From the NCBI GenBank assembly GCA_963730605.1, contig CAVSSM010000001.1, positions 544,001-608,000 on the forward strand: a stretch of DNA of 64,000 nucleotides. Direction: 5' to 3'. Numbering within the stretch: the first letter of the stretch is position 1; every line of letters starts with the position of its first letter. The DNA is from an uncultured Chlamydiae bacterium (lineage in GTDB: Bacteria > Chlamydiota > Chlamydiia > Chlamydiales > SM23-39). Positions 30,309 through 39,436 of this stretch are shown here, one piece after another. The translations under genes were made by a program, and so were the position numbers. The notes under the pieces were generated by a model, which was not told the DNA's origin, made no database searches, and worked only from the letters and a program-made list of their open reading frames with translations.

Positions 30309-31816
30309 ATGACTAACCCACCAACCCCCACTACCCCCCCACTAACCCACTACCCACCACTACCCCCCCCACTAACCCACTACCCACCACTACCCCCCCC
30401 ACTAACCCACTACCCCCCACTACCCCCCTCGCTAACACTGCTGTGGTTAACCAGGTAGGGGGGAGCGGCCTCCTCACGGCCCAAGCCGAACAAATAGGCA
30501 CACCCCCCGCCTCGATCCTAAGCAATAAGGGGATCTTGTATACAGAGGTCCGAAAGCCCGACGGGTCCGTTTCGCGAGTTGCCGTCGAGGTCAAAAAAAC
30601 CGACAAGCAGACGGGCGGCATTCTCCGCGAGCTAATGGACCGCGTCGAGAGCGCCGTGAAGAATGTGAACATCTATGTCCGCACCTCGCCAACCTCCTCC
30701 TCTAACCTCCTTGGAGAAGGCATTCCCCACGCACGGAATGTGAGGATCAATTTTACCTCTCTCAGGATCCTTTACGAGGAGAATGACGAGGAAAAGTCGA
30801 TGGCCATCACAGCCATAAAGGACGTAGCTCTTAGAACCCTCCTCCTGGATATCGCTAAAGACATAGAGCACCATGCGACGACCGACCCCTCTATCTCGTC
30901 CAACCGCCCCCTGAACCGCTCTACCCCCTTGGAAATCCAGACGCCGGCTTGGCATAATGCCCATCGGATCTCCGCGGAAGACTATATAAAAAACGGCCAC
31001 GATCACTTAGACGAGAGCCTAAGAGAGGATCTAGACGATACGATTGCTAACCACGCGTTGCCGAAAATCAGGGCCGCCTCCAATTTTGTGCAGAAATTCA
31101 GGGAGCTATTGGAAGGGAAACTTCAAGCGAAACGTCGAGATATGGAGGCAGCTCAGCCGTCTCAAGAACGGGGCGCTAGGCTCGCGTTAAAGAGGCAGAT
31201 CCACCAACTTGAAGAGCTGATCGCGAAAGCAGATAGCCAAAAGCTCGATATGAAAGCCATCTACACAAGCGTCCCTTACGCAAATAACGAGCTGCTAGGC
31301 TTAAATCCTACTGAGCAAATGCAAAGGGCGGACTTCTCTCAAAGCGCGATGCAAGCTGATCTTGCCGCAAATATCGACTCAATCGGGAAGCCGGGCGCCG
31401 CTTTCATAACGGCCTACAGCCAAGACAAGGGAGATCTCCTCATCCATGACCGCTGGAAATACGAAGAGAGGGTCGATGACAGGGGCGGAGAGAAAAGGGG
31501 TCCTTCCGCAGAGGAATTTTTTATCTTTAATATATTGAATTTACGTAATGATAAAGATGAATTCCTCGATGACGCGATGAGTTCGCTCGCTCTTCCGACT
31601 GGCGAAGCGGGGGACTCGGAGGTGCAAACGGCCGTCAGGGAGGCTCTCAAAACGGCTAGGGAAGACGTGCTAATGAAGTACGTCAAGGATATCAGTCGCC
31701 TTGGAACCACCACAACCGACTTACAAGCCCAAATCCAGGTTTTCTATCCTAGACCGCCGGAACCTCAACATCGGACCGTTTCTAAGTTCCAAACGATAGC
31801 GATGGCCCGCCCATGA
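30309..31816 (+). CDS. Putative effector with Pro/Thr-repeat N-terminus (1-nt shift in a poly-C tract)
   Basis: ATG at 30309 with promoter and RBS; adding one C near 30340 puts it in frame with the 457-aa ORF. Confidence 0.65.
30312..30436 (+). repeat. 30-bp tandem repeat, about 4 units
   Basis: Unit actaacccactacccaccactacccccccc, encoding TNPLPTTTPP. Confidence 0.92.
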
Positions 31817-32169
31817 ACTTCGAAGAGCTCCTCCATCAAGCCCTAGACGACCTCTCCTCCAAAGAAAAGCGGGACTGGATGCTCGAAGAGGCGGTTCAGT
31901 TTTTTCTCGAAATGAAGTCCAAAATGGAATCGGGCGATCCTCAACAAAGGGAAGTGGCCAAACAGAACCTCTCGAAAATCCAAGCTCTTCTTACCGCCCG
32001 CAAAAAGGGCCTCTCTGAAATGACGGGCCTAACGCCTTCCCAATTTGACGCTATAAGCCGTCTTGGCAAAGAACACGAGGCGATCTCGGAAGCCAAAGGT
32101 AAACTCCAAGAAATCTTCAAGCAGAAGTCCCGTCCGAACCAACTCAAAAGCGGACGCCTCTCAGCATAA
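31813..32169 (+). CDS. KLES.DP family / CT635-like putative chaperone
   Basis: FFLEMKSKMESGDP and LSEMTGLTPSQF; start overlaps the upstream stop codon. Confidence 0.7.
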   Translation: MNFEELLHQALDDLSSKEKRDWMLEEAVQFFLEMKSKMESGDPQQREVAKQNLSKIQALLTARKKGLSEMTGLTPSQFDAISRLGKEHEAISEAKGKLQEIFKQKSRPNQLKSGRLSA

Positions 32170-32310
32170 TGCAATATACTGATTTACAATCAGTTACAGA
32201 CTGTCCCATTATCCTTCATTTCTAAGGACTTACGTCTTAGCCGATTTGCCTCGATGGGACTAACTCACAAACCACTCAAATAAAGCGATTTACAAAACAT
32301 TAACAATTCA

Positions 32311-32339
32311 TTTACAAATAATTAAAATTTTGGTATAAT
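32311..32339 (+). promoter_or_regulatory. Sigma66/70-type promoter
   Basis: TTTACA-17 bp-TATAAT. Confidence 0.75.
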
Positions 32340-32377
32340 TAGTTTAAATTAAAACAAATAACCGAGAGTATAATAAA

Positions 32378-32743
32378 ATGAATAATAATAACTACCTCGA
32401 AACCTTAAATCAGTTATTCTCAGATTCCGTCCCCTCCAAGGACAAGGTGCTTGGACTCATGGACGACACGATGACGTTTTTCCGCCGGATCAAGACGAAG
32501 CTGGAATCGAGCGATCCGTCTGTGCAAAAGGAAGCGTTCGAAGAGACGATGGAAATGAAGCGGATCCTAGAGACCAAGATGCGGGCGATGGCCGAAACAA
32601 CCGGGCTCGATATGGAACAACTCGCCGCATTAGCGGAAAATACGAATGACATGTCGCTCGAAGATCTGAACGCTCTCGAAACTGCCAAGGCGAAGCTCCG
32701 ACAAATTCAAGAAGAAGAATTTACTACAAAAAATCATAAATAA
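32378..32743 (+). CDS. KLES.DP family / CT635-like putative chaperone
   Basis: FFRRIKTKLESSDP and MAETTGLDMEQLAALAENTNDMSLEDLNALE. Confidence 0.7.
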   Translation: MNNNNYLETLNQLFSDSVPSKDKVLGLMDDTMTFFRRIKTKLESSDPSVQKEAFEETMEMKRILETKMRAMAETTGLDMEQLAALAENTNDMSLEDLNALETAKAKLRQIQEEEFTTKNHK

Positions 32744-32758
32744 TAAAAGGATAATAAT

Positions 32759-33115
32759 ATGATAAACTATGAACCACTCACAGATTTACAATGGCAGCTT
32801 CTCGAGCCGCTTTTCCCGAACCCGGTCAAACGGACAAGGGGCAAACCGCACACGGCTTGGCGCTCGGTTGTGAATTCGATTTTCTACATTCTCTTTACGG
32901 GATTGAAATGGGGATCGCTTCCGAAAGATCCTGCATACGCGACAAAATCGGCCGCCCACCGTTGGTTCGTACTTTGGGAAAAGAACGGATTTCTGAAGCA
33001 GATCGTCGAGACATATCAAAATATGACGAAGATGGGCTCTGACATCAAGCTTCCTCGCAGGCGCAACCGAATGCCCGCAGCAAAGCGCATCCTGGAAACC
33101 GTAGCCGTCGGCTAA
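32759..33115 (+). CDS. Stand-alone IS5 transposase N-terminal DNA-binding domain (DUF4096-like)
   Basis: LTDLQWQLLEPLFP..RGKP..VVNSIFYILFTGLKWGSLP..HRWF..W; own RBS; no DDE domain follows. Confidence 0.8.
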   Translation: MINYEPLTDLQWQLLEPLFPNPVKRTRGKPHTAWRSVVNSIFYILFTGLKWGSLPKDPAYATKSAAHRWFVLWEKNGFLKQIVETYQNMTKMGSDIKLPRRRNRMPAAKRILETVAVG

Positions 33116-33206
33116 ATCCATTCCAATACGGGGACGTATTCGCATCCCCTATCATCTATTCTTTTGTATTTTTTATCCTGTCCATCCTAACATATTGTCC
33201 CCATAA

Positions 33207-33379
33207 GAGGGTGTCTACAAAGTGAGGGAACGCCCGAGTTTTTGGATTATTTTGGCCGCTTTTCGATTTCAAAGCTTGGGTGGCTATATACTGCTGTCGA
33301 TATTGCTCCCAAGTCTTGAATCGAAAATCGGCTCAAAAGAACCGAAAAATCGACAGAACCTCACTTTACAGACACTCTC
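33207..33379. mobile_element. MITE family C, copy 2
   Basis: Near-identical to 14286-14459; TAA duplication. Confidence 0.9.
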
Positions 33380-33504
33380 TAACACAAGTGACTCGGCAAA
33401 AGGCAATTTGAAGTTCTTCTAGGGCCTCCCAGCGGCAAATCTACGCTGCTGCCGACTCTTCAAACACATCCGCTCTTCCCTTTTTTTCCTGTAAAAGGAA
33501 TAAT

Positions 33505-33927
33505 GTGACAGAGGGCCTGTTCAATATGGTTCAGGGATTCTTGGAACAACTCTGCGCTGACTTGTCAATTACCCTGCTTCCAAAATTGAATGAAAAAAAA
33601 AATTATATATTTCGTTTCAGCCCAGGAACTGAAGTTATTTTCGCCGATCTCCACCCGGGCGTTGCGATGCGAGCGAACATTTCCCTTTGCCCCGCGGGGA
33701 GAAGGGAAGATCTGTTCATCTATCTGATGCGGGCGAACTTGCTCGGCCAGGGAACGGGTGGTGCGAGAATCGGTCTGGATGAGAAAGAAAGCAACTTGAC
33801 ACTCTTGCTTGGCTTACCCTATGAAATGAATTATCATGCATTCAAGGAAGCCTTCGAAGAATTCGTCAACCATCTCATATATTGGCGGGATGTTGTGGCA
33901 AAATTTGAAAAAAATGAACCGGTTTAG
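33505..33927 (+). CDS. scc4: CesT-type class I T3SS chaperone (CT663/Scc4-like)
   Basis: LMRANLLGQGTGG..IGLD motif; lies directly upstream of cdsD. Confidence 0.85.
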   Translation: MTEGLFNMVQGFLEQLCADLSITLLPKLNEKKNYIFRFSPGTEVIFADLHPGVAMRANISLCPAGRREDLFIYLMRANLLGQGTGGARIGLDEKESNLTLLLGLPYEMNYHAFKEAFEEFVNHLIYWRDVVAKFEKNEPV

Positions 33928-33935
33928 TGCTACTA

Positions 33936-34094
33936 ACCCGCTACGCAAATAGGAGACAATTTATGCAGGTAAACGGAGATTGTTCAGATCAAGGCGCCCG
34001 ATGCAGGCAACCCCGCAGCGGGTTGTCGAAGCAGGGCAACGCAGAGATGGACAATCTACGTCCTGAAGAAATGTCTCATATTTGCATAGCGGAT
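33936..34094. mobile_element. MITE family F (159 bp palindromic element)
   Basis: Imperfect TIR acccgctacgcaaataggagaca / tgtctcatatttgcatagcggat; flanks TACTA and TAATA. Confidence 0.75.
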
Positions 34095-34103
34095 TAATAA
34101 TAC

Positions 34104-35933
34104 ATGCCAGCGCATCTGATCGCAGAAGAAGGTCCTCTCCGTGGACTTTTCTTAAATCTGGAAGAGGGAGTTGAGTGGATCTTAGGGCGAGACCCCGAAA
34201 AGGCCACATTCGTCATCGAAGACGAAACCGTCTCTCGGAGGGCCGCCCGTTTAAGCCGCAGCCCGGAAGGGATCCATCTTGAAAACCTAAGCCGCGTCAA
34301 TCCCACATTAGTGAATGACGAGCCAGTCGATGGCGTTGTCCTGCTCAAAGAAGGCGACCGGATCCAGGTAGGCCATACGATTTTTCTTTTTTCGGAAGCA
34401 AAAATCCCTGAAATGGGTCAGCCGCCGAAGGGGGGATACGACGATATTTTCGGCTCTCTGGAAGAAGAGGCGCCGCAAGTTGGGAGCGAAGCGCCCAAAA
34501 AGCGGGAAAAGAAGAAAAAGAGCGAGCCGGCCAACGCATACGACACGATTTTCGAGGATACCAACGAGGGAGTTGAGCCGCTGCCGTTCAACCTCCTCGC
34601 AGAGACACCTTTCCTATTGAAAGTGATCTCAGGCCCGAATGCGGGGGCCGAAATCGGAATGGAAAAAGGAAGGACGTACACCCTCGGCAAAGACCCTGAT
34701 TCCTGCGATATCGTCTTCCAAGATTTAAGCGTCTCGCGCAACCACGCGCGCCTGTCGTTGAGCGCGGACGGCGCGATGGAGATCGAAGATCTCGGCTCTA
34801 AAAATGGCACCGTCGTCAATGGAACGCCCATCACCGAAAAGAAACCCATCACGACGCAAGACATGGTCGCATTGGGGACGACGATCTTTTTGATCATCGA
34901 CCGGGAAGCTACCCAAGAGACCATTTATTCGCCGATGGTCCCCGCCTACGAGGCGCCGAAAGCAGAGGCGCGTTTGGCAGAGGTTCCCGCCGAGAGCCAG
35001 GCCGAAGAAAAGAAGGATTGGAAAAAAGTGCCGATCCCGACGAAGTATTTGATCGGCGCCGCTGCATTTGCCGCGATCTTCCTCATCGTTTTCTTGAGTT
35101 TCTTTTCCCTTTTCAAATCCAATCAGGTCGAAGTCGTCCGCAAGGAACCCGTCTCGCGGATCCAAAAGGCGCTTGCTAAATTCGAAGGGATTCAATTCTC
35201 TTTCAATCCGGCCAGCGGAAAACTCTTCCTTATAGGGCATGTGCTGACATCTGTCGAGGCGCAAGAGATGCGATTCCGGATTAGCGAGATCGATTTCGTG
35301 AGGGCATTGGAAGACAATGTCGTCATCGATGAATATGTAGACAAGATGATGAACGACATCTTAAGCGGAAACCCAGAATTTCGGGGCGTCGCCATCCAGT
35401 CTCCCAAAGCGGGGAAATTCATCGCCACCGGCTATATCGATACCAATAACACCGCATCGCTGCTTGGCGAATATCTCTCCGTCAATTTCCCTTATCTCGA
35501 CCGGCTGGAAAACGAGGTCGTCGTCGGGGAAAACCTGAATGCTCAGATCCAGGGGCTTCTTCTGTCGAAAGGATTCGGCGCGCTCTCCTTCCAATATGCG
35601 AACGGCGAGGTAGTGCTGGCCGGAAGTTATAGCGACAAAATGGGCAGCCAGTTCCAAGAGCTCCTCAAAGAGATCGATAGAGTGAAAGGAGTGAGCGGAG
35701 TCAAGAATTTCGCAGTCGAGACAAACCCAAACCAGGCTGCGATCGATATCTCAGGACAATTTCAAGTAACGGGAAACTCTCAGCATGAAGGGAAAGGGTT
35801 CAGCGCTATCCTCAATGGAAAAATTTATACGATTGGCAACCAGGTGAGCGGAATGGAGATTACTGAAATCGACGAGACGACGATTCTACTTGAAAAAGAA
35901 GGAATAAAATATAAAATCAACTACACCCGGTGA
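34104..35933 (+). CDS. cdsD: T3SS inner membrane ring protein with two FHA domains
   Basis: Two GR/GK..VSR..H/A FHA motifs, one TM helix, BON-like periplasmic part. Confidence 0.92.
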   Translation: MPAHLIAEEGPLRGLFLNLEEGVEWILGRDPEKATFVIEDETVSRRAARLSRSPEGIHLENLSRVNPTLVNDEPVDGVVLLKEGDRIQVGHTIFLFSEAKIPEMGQPPKGGYDDIFGSLEEEAPQVGSEAPKKREKKKKSEPANAYDTIFEDTNEGVEPLPFNLLAETPFLLKVISGPNAGAEIGMEKGRTYTLGKDPDSCDIVFQDLSVSRNHARLSLSADGAMEIEDLGSKNGTVVNGTPITEKKPITTQDMVALGTTIFLIIDREATQETIYSPMVPAYEAPKAEARLAEVPAESQAEEKKDWKKVPIPTKYLIGAAAFAAIFLIVFLSFFSLFKSNQVEVVRKEPVSRIQKALAKFEGIQFSFNPASGKLFLIGHVLTSVEAQEMRFRISEIDFVRALEDNVVIDEYVDKMMNDILSGNPEFRGVAIQSPKAGKFIATGYIDTNNTASLLGEYLSVNFPYLDRLENEVVVGENLNAQIQGLLLSKGFGALSFQYANGEVVLAGSYSDKMGSQFQELLKEIDRVKGVSGVKNFAVETNPNQAAIDISGQFQVTGNSQHEGKGFSAILNGKIYTIGNQVSGMEITEIDETTILLEKEGIKYKINYTR

Positions 35934-35946
35934 AAAGGAGAAGTGT

Positions 35947-36180
35947 ATGTACGGATTAGAAGAGAAGGAAAGACGGGAGAAATTCGCTTTTGATCTCGAA
36001 AGGAGAATCAAAGATGAACCGCAGCATTTGAAAGAGCTTCTCGCAAAAGCGGAAAAACGGATGGCGGAAATCAAAAAGCTGCTCAGAGAAGGAGCAAACG
36101 AAAAAGATTTCGACCGGCTCGGCATCCTCCTTCACGGTTATGCCGCATTGCAAAAAGTTTTAAAAAAAGCCGGAAAATAA
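35947..36180 (+). CDS. cdsE: T3SS needle chaperone
   Basis: MYGLE..FDLE..LLHGY..LQKVL; synteny. Confidence 0.85.
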   Translation: MYGLEEKERREKFAFDLERRIKDEPQHLKELLAKAEKRMAEIKKLLREGANEKDFDRLGILLHGYAALQKVLKKAGK

Positions 36181-36198
36181 CAAGAGGACAATCCAAAA

Positions 36199-36441
36199 AT
36201 GAAAGCAGGCGTAACTCTATCATTTACTACTCTAATTAAAAACTATCAGAAGTTGCAGTCGCAGCTCATGAGCCAGGTCAAGGGTCTTGCCAGTAAAATC
36301 AGCCAAGCAACGCCAGGTTCTTTCATTCTTCTGCAATTTCAAATGAGCCAGATCACTCAAATCGGCGAATCGATCTCCAACTTGATCGCGCAGGTCAATT
36401 CGGTCATCAACCACGCTGTCGGCAACCAAGGTAAGCAATAA
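36199..36441 (+). CDS. cdsF: T3SS needle subunit
   Basis: 80 aa with LQFQMSQITQIGESISNLI; synteny. Confidence 0.8.
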   Translation: MKAGVTLSFTTLIKNYQKLQSQLMSQVKGLASKISQATPGSFILLQFQMSQITQIGESISNLIAQVNSVINHAVGNQGKQ

Positions 36442-36451
36442 GGGATAAACC

Positions 36452-36886
36452 ATGACAAATCCAAATCTATGGAAACAGTTCAAAGAGGATTGGCTTCTCT
36501 TCACGGAATCCGGCTTCATCGCCGTAAACCAAGCGGACGAAGATGCCGCCTTGAAGCTTTTCAAGGCCGGCGAACTGCTCAATCCCGACAATACTTTGCC
36601 TCGCATAGGAATAGGCTATCTCCATTTGCACAAGTTGGAATTGAAGCAGGCCGTGAAAGCATTCGAACAAGTTCTCGACAAAGAGCCGCATAATGATATG
36701 GCGAAAACCTTTCTCGGCCTTTGCATGGGGATGATGCCGAATATGGCGGACAAAGGCGAAAAAATTTTGGAGCAAACGACAAAATCGAAAGATCCCGAAA
36801 TTCGGCAGCTTTCCGAAACGGCCATCGATTTCGTCGAAAAATTCATCAAAAAGTCTCCAGGACCCGCAGGAAAAGGCAAAACGTGA
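36452..36886 (+). CDS. cdsG: T3SS TPR needle chaperone
   Basis: ESGFIAVNQADED motif and TPR pattern; synteny. Confidence 0.88.
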   Translation: MTNPNLWKQFKEDWLLFTESGFIAVNQADEDAALKLFKAGELLNPDNTLPRIGIGYLHLHKLELKQAVKAFEQVLDKEPHNDMAKTFLGLCMGMMPNMADKGEKILEQTTKSKDPEIRQLSETAIDFVEKFIKKSPGPAGKGKT

Positions 36887-37530
36887 CCATTCCCGAAACT
36901 CCTCCTCCAGACAAGAGCCCTGACAGGATCACCCCTTCCAAGGCATTGGAACCGGATCAGGCGATTCGCCAGCCCGCCGGTCAAGGTTTCCAATCCTACA
37001 TGGAAAAAGGAGCAGCTCCTCCTCAAGCCGCAGCTCCAGGGGGACCGACTCCCATGGAAGCCGCCCGTCCCCTGATGGGGCAAACAGGAACGCCGACGAC
37101 CACCACCCTTCTTACCCAGGCGAGGAATGCCCAGGACGCCTTGGGCACTGTCGAAAAGCAGCTCCAAACTCCGAACATGCAGTTGAAGCGATCTCAAGCG
37201 CACCTGATCAGGAATAAACTGACCGATGCAAGAGAGTACAGCCGTTCCGCGGCAGCCAAACTAGGAATCGAGACGCCGCCGATGAAGCAGCCCGAAGGGC
37301 CGGGCATCATCGCCCGCTTCCTCGCCTATGTGAACGACGGCCAGGATCAATTTGGCGCCATTCAAACCAAACTTCAACAAATGTCCGAGTCAGGGGAGCA
37401 GATCAATGCGGGAGACATGCTGATCCTCCAGAGCAAAATGGCTTTGGCGCAGCAAGAAATCGAGTATTCGTCGACACTTTTGAGCCGCGTCACAAGTTCT
37501 ATCACAACAATCATGGGCATCCAGCTATGA
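36883..37530 (+). CDS. CT668-like T3SS operon protein (possible inner rod)
   Basis: GTG overlapping the cdsG stop; GDMLILQSKMALAQQEIEYSSTLL; synteny. Confidence 0.75.
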   Translation: MTIPETPPPDKSPDRITPSKALEPDQAIRQPAGQGFQSYMEKGAAPPQAAAPGGPTPMEAARPLMGQTGTPTTTTLLTQARNAQDALGTVEKQLQTPNMQLKRSQAHLIRNKLTDAREYSRSAAAKLGIETPPMKQPEGPGIIARFLAYVNDGQDQFGAIQTKLQQMSESGEQINAGDMLILQSKMALAQQEIEYSSTLLSRVTSSITTIMGIQL

Positions 37531-37553
37531 GCCTATCCCACTATAGATAAATA

Positions 37554-38868
37554 ATGGATTTGCCTCCTTCATTCGATAAATTGATCAGCCATCTCGAAGA
37601 TGTCGAACTGACGACCGTGCATGGGCGGATCACCGAGGTGGTCGGCATGCTCATCCGCGCGATCATCCCGCAAGTCAAAATGGGCGAGGTGTGCCTGATC
37701 AAAAGAGCGGGAGAGCCGCTCGCCGCCGAAGTCGTCGGCTTCACGAAAGACGAAGTGATCCTTTCGCCTCTTGGCAACATGTTAGGGATCGGCCCTTCTT
37801 CTGAAGTGATCCCGATGCGGATGCCCATGCACATCAAAGTAGGCCCCAAGCTTTTGGGAAGGGTGTTGAACGGCCTTGGCCAACCGCTCGATGTCGATAC
37901 GTTGGGCCCGCTCGAGTTAACCGAAAGTTTCCCCGTTACTGGCTCTCCTCCAGACCCGCTGAAGCGGACCCTGATTACACAACCGATTCCGGTCGGCGTC
38001 CGGTGCATCGACGCGTCCTGACCTGCGGCAAAGGTCAAAGGGTCGGCATTTTTAGCGCGGCGGGAGTCGGCAAATCAACCCTCCTCGGCATGATCGCAAG
38101 AAACGCTGTGGCTGACGTCAACGTCATTTCGCTGATTGGCGAAAGGGGGCGCGAGGTACGCGAATTTTTGCAAAACGACTTAGGCGTCGAAGGGATGAAG
38201 CGGTCTGTCGTCGTCGTCTCAACCTCCGACCAGGCGGCGCAGATGCGGATCAATGCGGCCTATGTAGGCACCGCGATCGCCGAATATTTCCGCGACCAAG
38301 GGAAATCTGTTATTCTCATGATGGATTCGGTCACCCGTTTTGCCCGCGCGCTCCGGGAAATTGGTCTTGCCGCGGGAGAACCTCCGGCCAGAGCCGGCTA
38401 TACTCCCTCGGTCTTTGCGATTTTCCGCGCCTTCTTGAGCGGTCGGGAAATTCCGAAAAAGGCTCGATCACCGCCTTTTACACGGTTCTAGTCGCAGGCG
38501 ATGATATGAACGAGCCGGTGGCCGATGAGGTCCGCTCCATTCTGGACGGACACATCATCCTTTCTTCCGAGCTGGCTCGGCAGCATCATTATCCCGCCAT
38601 CGACGTCCTCGCCTCCGTCAGCCGCATTTTATCCCACATCGTCGACAAGCCTCATCTCGACGCGATAGGAAAAGTCAGGGAAGTCCTCGCCAATTATAAA
38701 AAGAATGAGCTTTTGATCCGCATCGGGGAATATAAGCCGGGGTCGGACAAAAACGCCGATTTCGCCCTCAAATACGTCGATAAAGTCAACCGGTTTTTGA
38801 AACAGCAGGTCGATGACAAGGCTCCCATGGAAGATACGATCCGGGCCCTAAAATCTCTATTCGTCTAG
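37554..38868 (+). CDS. cdsN: T3SS ATPase (two frameshifts, near 38013 and 38420)
   Basis: [24 protein letters not shown] and HYPAID motifs. Confidence 0.95.
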
Positions 38869-38878
38869 AGTATGTCAT

Positions 38879-39421
38879 ATGTCCAAACAGCCGAACTACC
38901 CGCTCGAGCAGATGATCACGATCAAGAAAAATCGGTTCGACGCTGCAATCAAAACCCTTGAAGAGAAAAAAGCCGTCCTGGGAAAAGCCTATGAAAAGCT
39001 CCATGACCTGACTCAAGAAAAAGATGAGGTCCTGCAACATAAGCAGGCAAAACTCGATCAATTGAGACACGAACTGGATACCGGGACGACAACCGACGTG
39101 ATTCAGCGCAGCAAGATCTATCTGAAAATCGTCGATGAAAAACTCGCCGAAAAAGTAAAAAAAGTCGCCGAGCAGCAAAAAGTGGTCGACGCGGCCCAAA
39201 AACAAGTAGACATTGCGACCGATGACCTATTCCAAAAGAAAAAAGACTTGGAAAAGCTCGAGCTCCACAAAAAGGAATGGGAAAAAGAAATGGGCTACTG
39301 GGTTGCCCAGAAAGAAGGAGTGGAGCAAGACGAGCAGGGCTCCGCGACCCATTTTTTGCGTAAAAAAGAGGTCGAGACTCGAAAAAAGGATCGAGAAAAA
39401 AAGGAAAATGAACCAAACTAG
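38879..39421 (+). CDS. cdsO: T3SS stalk protein
   Basis: YPLEQ..IKKNR coiled coil; synteny. Confidence 0.88.
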   Translation: MSKQPNYPLEQMITIKKNRFDAAIKTLEEKKAVLGKAYEKLHDLTQEKDEVLQHKQAKLDQLRHELDTGTTTDVIQRSKIYLKIVDEKLAEKVKKVAEQQKVVDAAQKQVDIATDDLFQKKKDLEKLELHKKEWEKEMGYWVAQKEGVEQDEQGSATHFLRKKEVETRKKDREKKENEPN

Positions 39422-39436
39422 GAGGAGAGGTTCTCT

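Noticed and set aside
37554..38868. Programmed frameshifting or true loss of cdsN
   Set aside because: No slippery motif, and the rest of the operon is intact; sequencing indels are more likely.
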